Part shown: positions 36,543-46,005 of the stretch, one piece after another
Numbering within the stretch: position 1 is the stretch's first letter
How the letters are laid out: the number at the start of each line of letters is the position of its first letter
Assembly: GCA_016219715.1 (NCBI GenBank)
Contig: JACRKX010000024.1
Coordinates: 141-64,140 of the forward strand
DNA from: Actinomycetota bacterium
GTDB taxonomy: Bacteria > Actinomycetota > Thermoleophilia > Solirubrobacterales > JACPNS01
DNA: 64,000 bases
Direction of reading: 5' to 3'
The notes under the pieces: model-generated
Seen by the model: only the letters and a program-made list of their open reading frames with translations
Databases searched by the model: none
What the model was told of the DNA's origin: nothing
Program-made: the position numbers and the translations under genes

Positions 36543-37481
36543 ATGAAGCAAGCTGCCGTGCTCGACGCCCCGGCCGACAAGGCCGTCAAGAACAAGACCT
36601 CAGCCAAGGCCGACTCGCCGATCAAGGCGCGCAAGACCGTTAAGCCCGAGGCCGAGAAGCCACTGACCCTCAGTGAGCTGATCCGCTCGCGGCTCGATGG
36701 TTGCTCGCGTGCCCAGCGCGACGTCGCGCTCTACATCATCGACCATCTCGAAGAGTCGGCTTTTCAGACCGCTGAACAACTTGCGGCTCAGGTCCAGACT
36801 TCGTCTTCGACTGTCGTGCGCTTCAGCCAGGCGCTCGGCTTCGAGGGATTCCCCGAACTTCAGACCGCTGCACGCGAGGAGTACCGCGCCGAGCGCCGCG
36901 AGCAGGAGACCGGCGGCAACGGCACGCTCTTCGGGCTCGACCCAACGGCGGCCGAGTCGAGCGTGATGGCCGATCAGATCAACATCGAGGAGACGGCGCG
37001 CCGCATGGACCGCGCCACCTTCGACGCAGCGATCGAGGCGATCACCGGCGCACGCAACATCCTCGTAGTCGGCACCGACCAGATGGCTTTCTTTGCCAGT
37101 TACATGCGGCACATGCTGATGCTGCTCGACCACCGTTGCGAACTTGTGGCGAGCCCATCTCAAGACTCGATCAGCCGTGTGGCGCGGATCGACGAGGACA
37201 CACTTGTGATCACTTTCTGCGCCGGACGCCCGCACACGATCGTCACCCGAGCGATGCGTCTGGCGAACACGCGTGGCGCGAAGTCGATCGCGATCACCGA
37301 CGCGTCGATGAGCGAGATCGCCAAGCTTTCCTCGCATCACATCTACTACTCGTCGACGAGTCCGTCTTTCGTGCGCTCGCACACCGCGCTGCTGGGGATC
37401 GTGCAGGGTCTGGTGCACGGGCTCTACGACAGCAACACCGACGTGTACGGCGGGCGCATTCGCGCCTATCGCGGCAAGTAG
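36543..37481 (+). CDS. MurR/RpiR-family transcriptional regulator (HTH_6 + SIS domain)
   Basis: RAQRDVALYIIDHLEESAFQTAEQLAAQVQTSSSTVVRFSQALGFEGFPEL is an RpiR-type HTH. A SIS domain follows. ATG at 36543. Confidence 0.85.
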   Translation: MKQAAVLDAPADKAVKNKTSAKADSPIKARKTVKPEAEKPLTLSELIRSRLDGCSRAQRDVALYIIDHLEESAFQTAEQLAAQVQTSSSTVVRFSQALGFEGFPELQTAAREEYRAERREQETGGNGTLFGLDPTAAESSVMADQINIEETARRMDRATFDAAIEAITGARNILVVGTDQMAFFASYMRHMLMLLDHRCELVASPSQDSISRVARIDEDTLVITFCAGRPHTIVTRAMRLANTRGAKSIAITDASMSEIAKLSSHHIYYSSTSPSFVRSHTALLGIVQGLVHGLYDSNTDVYGGRIRAYRGK

Positions 37482-37482
37482 C

Positions 37483-40395
37483 TCAACCCGCCGGCCCCGC
37501 CGCCTTCTCGAACGACACGTTCGTCTGCCTGTCGGACTGCGACGGCGACCAGCTCCAGAGGCTGTACTCGTAGTGCCGGTATCCGCCGGCGAAGTGCAGG
37601 CCCTTCGGTGGTCCGGGCAGCAGCTTGTCCTGGGACTTCCAGCCGGGGTGCTGGTACGGCTCCCATGCGTGGTAGATCACCAGCTGGTCCGGCCGCACGC
37701 AGGCCGATAGCTTCGCGCGAACGATGAACTCGTCGTAGTCGTTGAAGACGCGGATGAAGTCGTGGTCTTCGATACCGCGAACGGCCGCCTCGCCATCGTT
37801 GATGAACGCGAACGGCTCGCCGCGGTGCAGCTTCATCATCTGTTCGCTCGTGTGCCAGACGCCGTGGACGCTCCAGCGCACGTGGCCGCCGGTCAGGCGC
37901 TTGTCGTGGCGGCGACCGCCGATCGACGGGGGCACCTTGTACTTGACGAGGTGCTCGTCGGCCTCGACGAACCAGGGATGGTCGGCCAGCAACTGCATGC
38001 GCCGCGTCGTGGTCTTGTAGGGGATCTTTTGTTCGATCTGGTCGCGGAATGGATAGAGCACCTCTCCGGCGATCTGATCGCTGTTGAGCGCGGCCGACGC
38101 CTGCCACGGCGGCCGTCCGGTCGCCCAGGCGACGCCGTCTTCGCGCAGTGTGTCGAGACCGACGACGCCGTCGCCGTCGACCGACTCGATCCAGCCCATC
38201 TTCGATAGTGAGTGCAGCGCGTCGTCGACCATGCGCTCCTCGTCGGCATCGGTTTCGCCGTATCGCCCCCCGACGGTTGCGCGCCAGTACATCTCATCGA
38301 CCACTATCTCGCGTTCTCCCGCGAAGTAGTTTTCGACGCCGCGCTCCTGGAGGTGCTTCTGGACGGCCTTGACGATGCCCAGCACGATCATGCGATCGGA
38401 CTTCGACTCGGCCAGCATGCCGGCGGCGTTGTCTGTGAAGACCATGAATCGGGTCGTCGCCGTCGTGTACTTGGTGTCGGCGTACTCGTAGTAAGAGGCC
38501 GCGGGCAGCACGTAGTCGCTCATCAGTGCGGTCGTGCTCCAGCGCGTGTCGGCCGTGTAGACGAGCTCGAGCTGCGGCCAGACGTTCTCCTGAAAGCTGC
38601 GTCCGCGGTGCCGGCGTAGTGGGTTCGAGCCGCTGACGAACATCGCTCGCGGCTGCACGTCGGCCGCCGGCTTGTCCCATGGCTCGGTCCATCCCTCGCG
38701 CTTGGCCTCGGCCGCGTAGTCGTCGATCGAGCGTTTGGCGTCAGGATCGTCGAGATGCTCGCGCCAGACGTCTCGGTAGCCGGCGTGATTCATCCAGAAG
38801 TGAATCGGTTGAGCGAGTGTGCCGGCCATCTTCATCAGTTCGCGCATCGCGCCGAAGACGGCCTCGGTGTACGGCATTGACGGGTCCATCTTCACGCGCT
38901 CGCGGTAGTCCTCGATCAACATCAGGATCAAACTCAGCGACGTGCCTACGGGATCGGGCGATTCGATCACTTCCCTGGGCATAGCCGAGACCAGCGGCAT
39001 GCTGGCCAGGAAGTCGAAGCCGGCACTCATGCCGCGCGTGCCGCTGCCGGGCCGGCCGACGTTGCCGGTCAGCGCCATCATGTAACAGAATGCACGCTCG
39101 ACGAGATCGCCGTGGTAGAGCTTGCCGGTGTTCGGGTTGCTGAAAACGAACACCTTGCGTTCGGGACGGCAAGACTCGGCGATGTAGCGCAACTGGCCGG
39201 GGTGCACGCCGGCCATCCGGTGGACTTCCTCGGGCGTGTAGTCGACGAGGCGCTCGGTGAGCATGTTGTAGACGGTCGTCAGTTCGACGGTCGAGCCGTC
39301 GGCCAGCGTGACCGACGTGCGTCCCGTCAGGTCGTAATCGAATGCGAGCTCGAGCGTTCCGGTCGGTATTTTGCGGGCCTCCGAAGTGCTTGCGTCGATC
39401 GCGTAGAACTGTTCGTCGCTGCCGTCCTCGACCAAGTCGGACTCGCGCAGATAGCGCTTCGTGTCGGCGCGCACCGCGATCGGCAGGTCGGTCTGCTCGC
39501 GCATGAAGTCCTTGTCGACCCAGCCCTCGTCGATCAGGATTTTGCAGACTCCCAGCCACAGCGCGGGGTCGGCCGTCCAGTCGACGGGCACCCACTGGTC
39601 GGCGAACTGCGCGGTCGGGTTCTTGTCGGGGCAGATCGAGATGATCCGTGCGCCGCGGTAGCGGGCCTCGAGGAAGTAGTGGATGTCGGGGATGTTCGCG
39701 TAGACCGGGTTGCTGAGCATGATGATCGTGTCCGGCAGGAACCAGTTCTCGATGCCCGAGACGGCCTCGTACTGGCCGAACGTCAGGAAGATCCCCGGGT
39801 TGAAATCTCCGGTCAGGAAGTTGAGGTCGAAGGCCGTGCCGCCGAGCAGTCCCATCAACGCCGGCGCCGTCGCCTCGCCACCGCCGCGCATCACACCGAT
39901 GCCGTTGGCCGAGTGATCGTCGATCAGCGCTTCGGGTCCGTGCTCGATGATGATCTCGGCCAACTTCTGGCCGATCTCATCGAAGGCCGTGTCCCAGCTG
40001 ATCTGCTGCCAGTCACCGCTGCCGCGCTCGCCGACCCGCTTCATCGGATGACGGATCCGGTCGGCGCCGTACATCGCCTTGCTGTGCTGCCCACCCTTCT
40101 GGCAACCTCGCGGGTTGTAGTCGGGCACGCGGTGATCGGGGTCCTCGAACGGCCGGTAGTTGCACGCCAGTTCCTCGCGCACGACCTCGCCGTCTTTGAC
40201 GTACACACGGAACGGACAGCCGCCCGGGTAGCAGTTGACACGGTGCGTACCCCACTTCCAGGAGTCCCACTTCCAGTAGTCCTCGGTCTTGACGGTGACT
40301 GGGCTGACGTGCGATCCAATCGGGCCGTCGTGGCCGGAAGCCACACCTGGCACCGGGGGCCGAGAGGCGTCGTCTCGGTCGGAATCAACACTCAT
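37483..40395 (-). CDS. Molybdopterin (bis-MGD) oxidoreductase catalytic subunit, NarG-like / type II DMSO-reductase family, no Tat signal
   Basis: 970 aa. The N-terminal THRVNCYPGGCPFRVYVKDGEVV...NPRGCQKG parallels the NarG FS0 cluster region (HGVNCTGSCSWKIYVKNG...EPRGCPRG). ATG at 40395. Confidence 0.8.
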   Translation of the reverse strand: MSVDSDRDDASRPPVPGVASGHDGPIGSHVSPVTVKTEDYWKWDSWKWGTHRVNCYPGGCPFRVYVKDGEVVREELACNYRPFEDPDHRVPDYNPRGCQKGGQHSKAMYGADRIRHPMKRVGERGSGDWQQISWDTAFDEIGQKLAEIIIEHGPEALIDDHSANGIGVMRGGGEATAPALMGLLGGTAFDLNFLTGDFNPGIFLTFGQYEAVSGIENWFLPDTIIMLSNPVYANIPDIHYFLEARYRGARIISICPDKNPTAQFADQWVPVDWTADPALWLGVCKILIDEGWVDKDFMREQTDLPIAVRADTKRYLRESDLVEDGSDEQFYAIDASTSEARKIPTGTLELAFDYDLTGRTSVTLADGSTVELTTVYNMLTERLVDYTPEEVHRMAGVHPGQLRYIAESCRPERKVFVFSNPNTGKLYHGDLVERAFCYMMALTGNVGRPGSGTRGMSAGFDFLASMPLVSAMPREVIESPDPVGTSLSLILMLIEDYRERVKMDPSMPYTEAVFGAMRELMKMAGTLAQPIHFWMNHAGYRDVWREHLDDPDAKRSIDDYAAEAKREGWTEPWDKPAADVQPRAMFVSGSNPLRRHRGRSFQENVWPQLELVYTADTRWSTTALMSDYVLPAASYYEYADTKYTTATTRFMVFTDNAAGMLAESKSDRMIVLGIVKAVQKHLQERGVENYFAGEREIVVDEMYWRATVGGRYGETDADEERMVDDALHSLSKMGWIESVDGDGVVGLDTLREDGVAWATGRPPWQASAALNSDQIAGEVLYPFRDQIEQKIPYKTTTRRMQLLADHPWFVEADEHLVKYKVPPSIGGRRHDKRLTGGHVRWSVHGVWHTSEQMMKLHRGEPFAFINDGEAAVRGIEDHDFIRVFNDYDEFIVRAKLSACVRPDQLVIYHAWEPYQHPGWKSQDKLLPGPPKGLHFAGGYRHYEYSLWSWSPSQSDRQTNVSFEKAAGPAG

Positions 40396-40546
40396 CGCTG
40401 CTCCATTCAGTCGTACGGCAGGCGTGAACGGTGCACAGGGTGATTCCACCCTACCAGTCAGTAGGAATTGCGGGGCGGTTTGTGTGCGGGGCGCATTTTC
40501 GGGCCGGCGGTCACGGGTCGGCCGGTTGTTATTAGACTCCGCGCCA

Positions 40547-41200
40547 ATGAAGGAACTCGCTGACGGCGTGTGGCAGCTTTCGGGCAGGCCGGCCGACAAC
40601 ATCAACATTTACCTGCTGGGCGACGTGCTCGTCGACGCCGGCACGGTGCTTGACAGAAGCCGCATCTTCAAGCAGCTCGATGGGCGCGACGTGAGCGCTC
40701 ATGCGCTGACGCACGCGCATTTCGATCACTTTGGCTCCAGCAAGGCCGTCTGTGAGCGCTACGGAGTCGAGTTCTGGGCCGGCGCCGACGACGTTGAGGC
40801 GATCGAGCGGGGGAAGATGGTCGGCAAGGTTCCCGGTCTCGGCCGGCGCATGCTGCCTGCCGCGCCCGCGCTGAAGGTGAACCGTGCATTGCGCGAGGGT
40901 GACACCGTCGGCGATTTCGCGGTGCTTGACACGCCCGGTCATTCGCCCGGCCACGTGTCCTTCTGGCGGGAGTCCGACGGCGTGCTCGTCTGCGGCGACG
41001 TGATGTGGGGATACAACCCATTCTTGATGCGCGGCGGCGTTCGCGAGCCGTATCCAGCCGTCAGTCCCGACCACGCGCTGAACCGCGAGTCGGCCCGCAA
41101 GCTCGCGGCTTTGCGGCCGCAGCTAGTGCTGTTTGGTCACGGCGCACCGTTACGCGACACCGAGCGCTTCGTGCACGCCGTCGATCAACTGCCGACCTGA
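40547..41200 (+). CDS. Metallo-beta-lactamase-fold hydrolase
   Basis: Contains the THAHFDHFG motif (HxHxDH) and the downstream TPGHSPGH motif. 217 aa. Confidence 0.8.
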   Translation: MKELADGVWQLSGRPADNINIYLLGDVLVDAGTVLDRSRIFKQLDGRDVSAHALTHAHFDHFGSSKAVCERYGVEFWAGADDVEAIERGKMVGKVPGLGRRMLPAAPALKVNRALREGDTVGDFAVLDTPGHSPGHVSFWRESDGVLVCGDVMWGYNPFLMRGGVREPYPAVSPDHALNRESARKLAALRPQLVLFGHGAPLRDTERFVHAVDQLPT

Positions 41201-41261
41201 TCGCTCTTTCAGCGCAGCCACGCTGGTAGATTGGCCGCTATCCGATGCGGAAGCTGATCTG

Positions 41262-42887
41262 ATGCGGCGCTGGAACGGTTGGGGCGACGAGGCCGACGAC
41301 TTTCCGCTGAAGTCCGGCGGGCGTGCGTTCCTGCGCGAAAAGCTCGGCGAGGCCCAGCCGCTTCCCGACGCGAAGCTCGACGACGTGATCGCCACGGTCC
41401 CCGCTTCCCGGCTGCCTGGGCACCCGCTGATCGACACCGACGCCGAAGATCGCGTGCGCCATGCGCGCGGGCAGAGCTTCGGCGATTGGGTCGCGATGCG
41501 CAGCGGCGAGTTCGGCACGTTTCCAGACGGCGTCGCCCATCCCACCAGCTCGTCCGAGGTGCGTGAGCTGATCGACTTCTGTGCACGCGAAGGGGTAGAG
41601 GCGATCCCGTACGGGGGCGGCACGTCAGTCGTTGGCCACCTCACGCCTAACGGCGGCGATCGCCCCGTGCTGTCGATCGACATGGGTTCGATGAACAAGC
41701 TGATCGCCCTCGATCGGACCAGCAACCTCGCGACCTTCGGCGCCGGCACCGCGGGGCCGGCGCTCGAAGCGCAATTGCGCGAGAAGGGGTACACGCTCGG
41801 ACACTTCCCGCAGTCGTTCGAGCTCTCGACTCTCGGTGGTTGGGTGGCGGCCCGTTCGAGTGGTCAGCAGTCGCTTCGCTACGGGCGTATCGAGCAGCTC
41901 TTCGCCGGTGGTCGTCTGGAGTCGCCGGCCGGCACCCTCGAGATTCCGACGTTTCCGGCCAGCGCGGCCGGCCCTGATCTGCGCGAGATGGTGCTCGGCT
42001 CCGAGGGTCGGCTCGGCGTATTGACCGAGGTGACGGTGCGCGTCACGCCCCTGCCCGAGCACGAGAGCTTTCACGTGGCCTTCATGCCGAACTGGTCGGC
42101 CGGGCGAGAGGCCCTGCGGAGGCTGGCCCAGGACAGGATCCAGCTATCGATGCTGCGCCTCAGCAACGCCGCCGAAACGCAAACCCAGCTGACGCTGGTC
42201 GGCAAGCCGAGATTGGTCGGAATGCTCAAGGGTTTCCTCCGCCGCCGCGGGCTAGACGCCGATATGTGCATGCTGACCTTTGGCGTCACCGGTTCGAAGG
42301 TGGAGTGCGACGTGGCCCGCGCATTCGCCAAGCAGCAGATCAAGCTAAGTGGGGGAGTGCTGACCGGCACGGCACTCGGCAAGCGATGGGAAGAGACGCG
42401 CTTCCGCTCGCCCTACGTGCGAAACGGCATGTGGGAGCGTGGCTATGCGATCGACACGCTCGAAACCAGCACCGACTGGAACAACGTCGGTCCGCTCGGC
42501 GAGTCGATCGAGGACGCCCTGCGCGAGGGCCTTGCCGGCGAGGGCGAGCGAGTTCACGTCTTCACGCACATCTCGCACGTTTACGGACAGGGGTCGAGCC
42601 TCTACACCACCTATGTATTTCGCGTCGGTCGCGACTACGGCGCGACGCTCGATCGCTGGCGCAAACTCAAAGGTGCGGCCAGCCGGGCGATCGTCTCCGG
42701 CGGCGGCACGATCAGCCATCACCATGGTGTCGGCACCGATCATGCGCCCTACCTGGTTGCAGAGAAGGGCCAGCTGGGCATAGCGGCGATCGAGTCACTG
42801 CTCAAAACCTTCGATCCCGACGGGATCATGAATCCCGGCAAGCTGGTCGAGACCGGTGCGCCGGTGACCGGAGACGCGCTCGCGTGA
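41262..42887 (+). CDS. FAD-linked oxidase, alkyldihydroxyacetonephosphate-synthase-like (AGPS/GlcD superfamily)
   Basis: N-terminal MRRWNGWGD is typical of bacterial AGPS-like proteins. FAD-binding PCMH domain (IPYGGGTSVVG). C-terminal GGTISHHHGVG. Confidence 0.8.
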   Translation: MRRWNGWGDEADDFPLKSGGRAFLREKLGEAQPLPDAKLDDVIATVPASRLPGHPLIDTDAEDRVRHARGQSFGDWVAMRSGEFGTFPDGVAHPTSSSEVRELIDFCAREGVEAIPYGGGTSVVGHLTPNGGDRPVLSIDMGSMNKLIALDRTSNLATFGAGTAGPALEAQLREKGYTLGHFPQSFELSTLGGWVAARSSGQQSLRYGRIEQLFAGGRLESPAGTLEIPTFPASAAGPDLREMVLGSEGRLGVLTEVTVRVTPLPEHESFHVAFMPNWSAGREALRRLAQDRIQLSMLRLSNAAETQTQLTLVGKPRLVGMLKGFLRRRGLDADMCMLTFGVTGSKVECDVARAFAKQQIKLSGGVLTGTALGKRWEETRFRSPYVRNGMWERGYAIDTLETSTDWNNVGPLGESIEDALREGLAGEGERVHVFTHISHVYGQGSSLYTTYVFRVGRDYGATLDRWRKLKGAASRAIVSGGGTISHHHGVGTDHAPYLVAEKGQLGIAAIESLLKTFDPDGIMNPGKLVETGAPVTGDALA

Positions 42888-44383
42888 GCGGCGGTCTCGG
42901 CTCGCGCGCCGACGCCCTCGCGCGGCTGCGCGACCCGGCCGGGCGGTGGGACGTGCTGGTCATAGGCGGGGGCATCACGGGCGCAGGCATCTTGCGCGAG
43001 GCCGCGCGGCGCGGGCTGCGCGCGGCGTTGATCGAGGGCAACGATTTTGCCTCCGGCACGTCGAGCCGCTCGTCGAAGATGGTTCACGGCGGTCTGCGCT
43101 ACATGGCCCAGGGCGCCTTCACGATGACGCGCAAGGCCGTCAAGGAGCGCGAACGGCTGCTGCGTGAGGCGCCCGAACTGGTCACGCGCATGCCGGTGGC
43201 GTTCACGCTGCGAAAGGGAAAGTTTCCCGGGCGCAGGGTGTTCGGCGCCCTGATCGGCGTCTACGACCGGATGGCCGGCATCAACGACCACCGCTTCCTC
43301 TCAAACCGTGAGCTCAGCGATCGCAACCCCGGCGTCGACACCTCGCAGCTCGCGGGCGCCTACTTCTACACCGACGCGCTCACCGACGACGCGCGCCTTG
43401 TGCTCTGCGTGCTCGAGGCCGCTGTGGCAGATGGAGCCACCGCGGTCAACTATGCGCGCGCGATCGAACCGCTGCGTTCGGACGGGCGTGTAACGGGGGT
43501 GAGTGTCGCGGCCGATGGCGAGACCTTCGAAGTTGCGGCGAACGTGGTGGTCAACGCAACGGGAGCCTGGGCCGACGAACTGCGCGCCGGAATCGCCGGC
43601 GAACGCCGCATGCGGCCACTGCGAGGCAGTCATTTGATCGTGCCGCATGAGCGCCTGCCGGTCAGCGACGCCGTCACCTTCTTTCACCCCGACGACGGTC
43701 GGCCGGTCTACGCCTACGAATGGCTGGGCGTCACCGTGATCGGTACTACGGATCTCGACTTCGAAGGCGATCTCTCCGGCGAACCGGCGATTACCGAAGG
43801 CGAAGTCGAATATCTGCTTGCCGCGGCTGCCAATCAGTTCGGCAGCGCCGCAATCGGGCGCGACGACGTGATCTCGACTATGTCGGGCGTGCGGCCGGTC
43901 GTCGACAGCGGCAAAGACAAGGATCCCTCAAAGGAGACGCGTGAGGAGGCGATCTGGGTCGACGAAGGGCTGGTCACCGTAACGGGAGGCAAGCTGACGA
44001 CGTTCAGGCCGATTGCTATGGCGACGCTGAAGGCGGTCGAGCCACTGCTGGGACTGGAGGCGCCGTTGCCGCTCGATGAGCGGCCCGTATTCGACACACC
44101 TCCTTCGCGGGAGCGGGCTGACCGCGCGCAACCGATCGACGGCACGCCGTACTCGTGGGCCGATCTGCGCGCGGCCGTCGACAGCGAACAGGTCGAACAC
44201 CTTGACGACCTTCTGCTGCGCCGCACCCGGATCGGCAATCTGCTTCCAGGCGGCGGCGACGCGATCGCGACCGAAGCCCTTCAGCTATGCCGCCAGCGCC
44301 TCGGCTGGGGCGACGAACGCGTCGCCGCGGAGCGGAGCCGCTACGAGCGGATCGTTCTCGACCACTACTCGCTGCCGCAATGA
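42884..44383 (+). CDS. FAD-dependent glycerol-3-phosphate dehydrogenase/oxidase-like protein
   Basis: DVLVIGGGITGAGILREAARRGL...GTSSRSSKMVHGGLRY is a GlpD-type N-terminus. GTGA overlap with the upstream stop. Confidence 0.85.
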   Translation: MSGGLGSRADALARLRDPAGRWDVLVIGGGITGAGILREAARRGLRAALIEGNDFASGTSSRSSKMVHGGLRYMAQGAFTMTRKAVKERERLLREAPELVTRMPVAFTLRKGKFPGRRVFGALIGVYDRMAGINDHRFLSNRELSDRNPGVDTSQLAGAYFYTDALTDDARLVLCVLEAAVADGATAVNYARAIEPLRSDGRVTGVSVAADGETFEVAANVVVNATGAWADELRAGIAGERRMRPLRGSHLIVPHERLPVSDAVTFFHPDDGRPVYAYEWLGVTVIGTTDLDFEGDLSGEPAITEGEVEYLLAAAANQFGSAAIGRDDVISTMSGVRPVVDSGKDKDPSKETREEAIWVDEGLVTVTGGKLTTFRPIAMATLKAVEPLLGLEAPLPLDERPVFDTPPSRERADRAQPIDGTPYSWADLRAAVDSEQVEHLDDLLLRRTRIGNLLPGGGDAIATEALQLCRQRLGWGDERVAAERSRYERIVLDHYSLPQ

Positions 44384-45969
44384 CCTCCGCGTCAGACGCG
44401 AAACGCGATCCGCTGCTGCTTGCGATCGACAACGGCACCCAAAGCGTGCGTGCGCTCGCGTTCACGCTCGGTGGCGAGCTGGCCGGTGTCGAGAAGGTCG
44501 CGATCGAGCCGTACTTCAGTGAAAACCCCGGGTGGGCCGAGCAGCACGTCGAGGTGTACTGGGACGCAGTCTGCGAGGCGTGCCGGGGGTTGCTTGGCGC
44601 GCTTGGAGTAGACGCCGCCCGGGTGGCGGGGCTGGCCGTTACCACTCAGCGTTCGACGCTGGTCAACCTCGACACCGATGGACGTCCGCTGCGACCTGCG
44701 ATCGTCTGGCTCGATCAACGGCGTAGCGCCAACCCGCCGCGCATGTCACGAGTGATCGAAGCCGGCGCGAAGCTCACCGGGCGGGGGCAGATCCTGCGCG
44801 AACTGCGTGCCGAGGCAGAGTGCAACTGGATCGCCGAATACCAGCCCGAAGTCGTCGCCGCGACGCGCAGATTCGTTTTTCTCTCCGGGTATCTCAACTG
44901 GCGGCTGACGGGTGCTTTCGTCGACTCGGCGGCGGCTCAGGTGGGATACGTGCCATTCGACTTCAAGAAGCGGCAGTGGGCCGGAGACGGCGATCCGCGC
45001 TGGCGAGCGCTGGCTGTCGAGCGTGAGTGGCTGCCGGAGCTGACGCCGGCCGGTGGCCGGCTCGGCGAGCTGACGGCCGACGCAGCCACTGCCATGGGGC
45101 TTCCGCCAGGTCTGCCGGTGATCGCGGCCGGCACTGACAAGGCATGTGAGTTGCTTGGTTCGGGGTGCCTAGATCCGTCGACCGGCGGCGTCAGCTACGG
45201 CACCACCGCCACGATCAACACCGTCAACAACCGCTACGTCGAGCCGATCCCGCCGCTGCCGGCGTACCCGGCCGCACAGCCGGATGCATGGAACAGCGAG
45301 GTGATGATCCGTCGCGGGTACTGGATGATCGAGTGGTTCAAGCGAGAGCTCGGCAGCGATGTACTCGGAAACACTGATTTCGATTCGCCCGGGGCTGGCG
45401 AAGAGGCGTTCGCGCGGCTCGAACAGCTGCTCTCGGAAACGCCCCCCGGCGCGGACGGCTTGCTGCTGCAGCCTTACTGGGGTGCCGGCACGCCGTTCCC
45501 TGGACCAGAGGCGCGCGGCGCGGTGATCGGCTTTGGCGACATGCACGGCCGTTCGCACATGTACCGCGCGATCGTCGAGGGGATCGCTCACGCGTTACGC
45601 GATGCCGGAAAGCGGCTGGCGAAGCGCAACGGCAGGTCGCTCGAGCGCCTGCGGGTGGCCGGCGGCGGCGCGCGATCCGACGCCGTAATGCAGATCACCG
45701 CCGATGTCTTCGGATTGGTGGCCGAGCGTCCGCACGTCACCGAGGCGAGCGGGCTGGGAGCCGCGATCAACGTCGCCGTCGGTCTCGGTCTGCAGCCCGA
45801 CTACGAGACTGCCGTCGCCCGCATGGTGCGAGTCGGCGACGCCTTCACGCCGGATCCGGCGAGTCACGCGCTCTACACCGAGATTCACGAGCGTGTTTAC
45901 AGCGGCATGTACAAGCGTCTGGCGCCGCTGTACCGGTCGATTCGTGAGATCACCGGGTATCCGCCTTAG
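44380..45969 (+). CDS. FGGY-family carbohydrate/polyol kinase
   Basis: LLLAIDNGTQSVRALAF (FGGY N-terminal motif) and the C-terminal LRVAGGGARSDAVMQI. ATGA overlap with the upstream stop. Confidence 0.85.
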   Translation: MTSASDAKRDPLLLAIDNGTQSVRALAFTLGGELAGVEKVAIEPYFSENPGWAEQHVEVYWDAVCEACRGLLGALGVDAARVAGLAVTTQRSTLVNLDTDGRPLRPAIVWLDQRRSANPPRMSRVIEAGAKLTGRGQILRELRAEAECNWIAEYQPEVVAATRRFVFLSGYLNWRLTGAFVDSAAAQVGYVPFDFKKRQWAGDGDPRWRALAVEREWLPELTPAGGRLGELTADAATAMGLPPGLPVIAAGTDKACELLGSGCLDPSTGGVSYGTTATINTVNNRYVEPIPPLPAYPAAQPDAWNSEVMIRRGYWMIEWFKRELGSDVLGNTDFDSPGAGEEAFARLEQLLSETPPGADGLLLQPYWGAGTPFPGPEARGAVIGFGDMHGRSHMYRAIVEGIAHALRDAGKRLAKRNGRSLERLRVAGGGARSDAVMQITADVFGLVAERPHVTEASGLGAAINVAVGLGLQPDYETAVARMVRVGDAFTPDPASHALYTEIHERVYSGMYKRLAPLYRSIREITGYPP

Positions 45970-46005
45970 CCGACCGCGCCGTCTTCCTGCTGCGAAACTT
46001 GTGCC

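Noticed and set aside
40450-40465. Palindrome CCTAC-CAGTCA-GTAGG in the divergent promoter region between the molybdoenzyme and the MBL hydrolase, considered as an RpiR operator
   Set aside because: The arms are short (5 bp), there is only a single copy, and there is no supporting second site. It is too weak to call.
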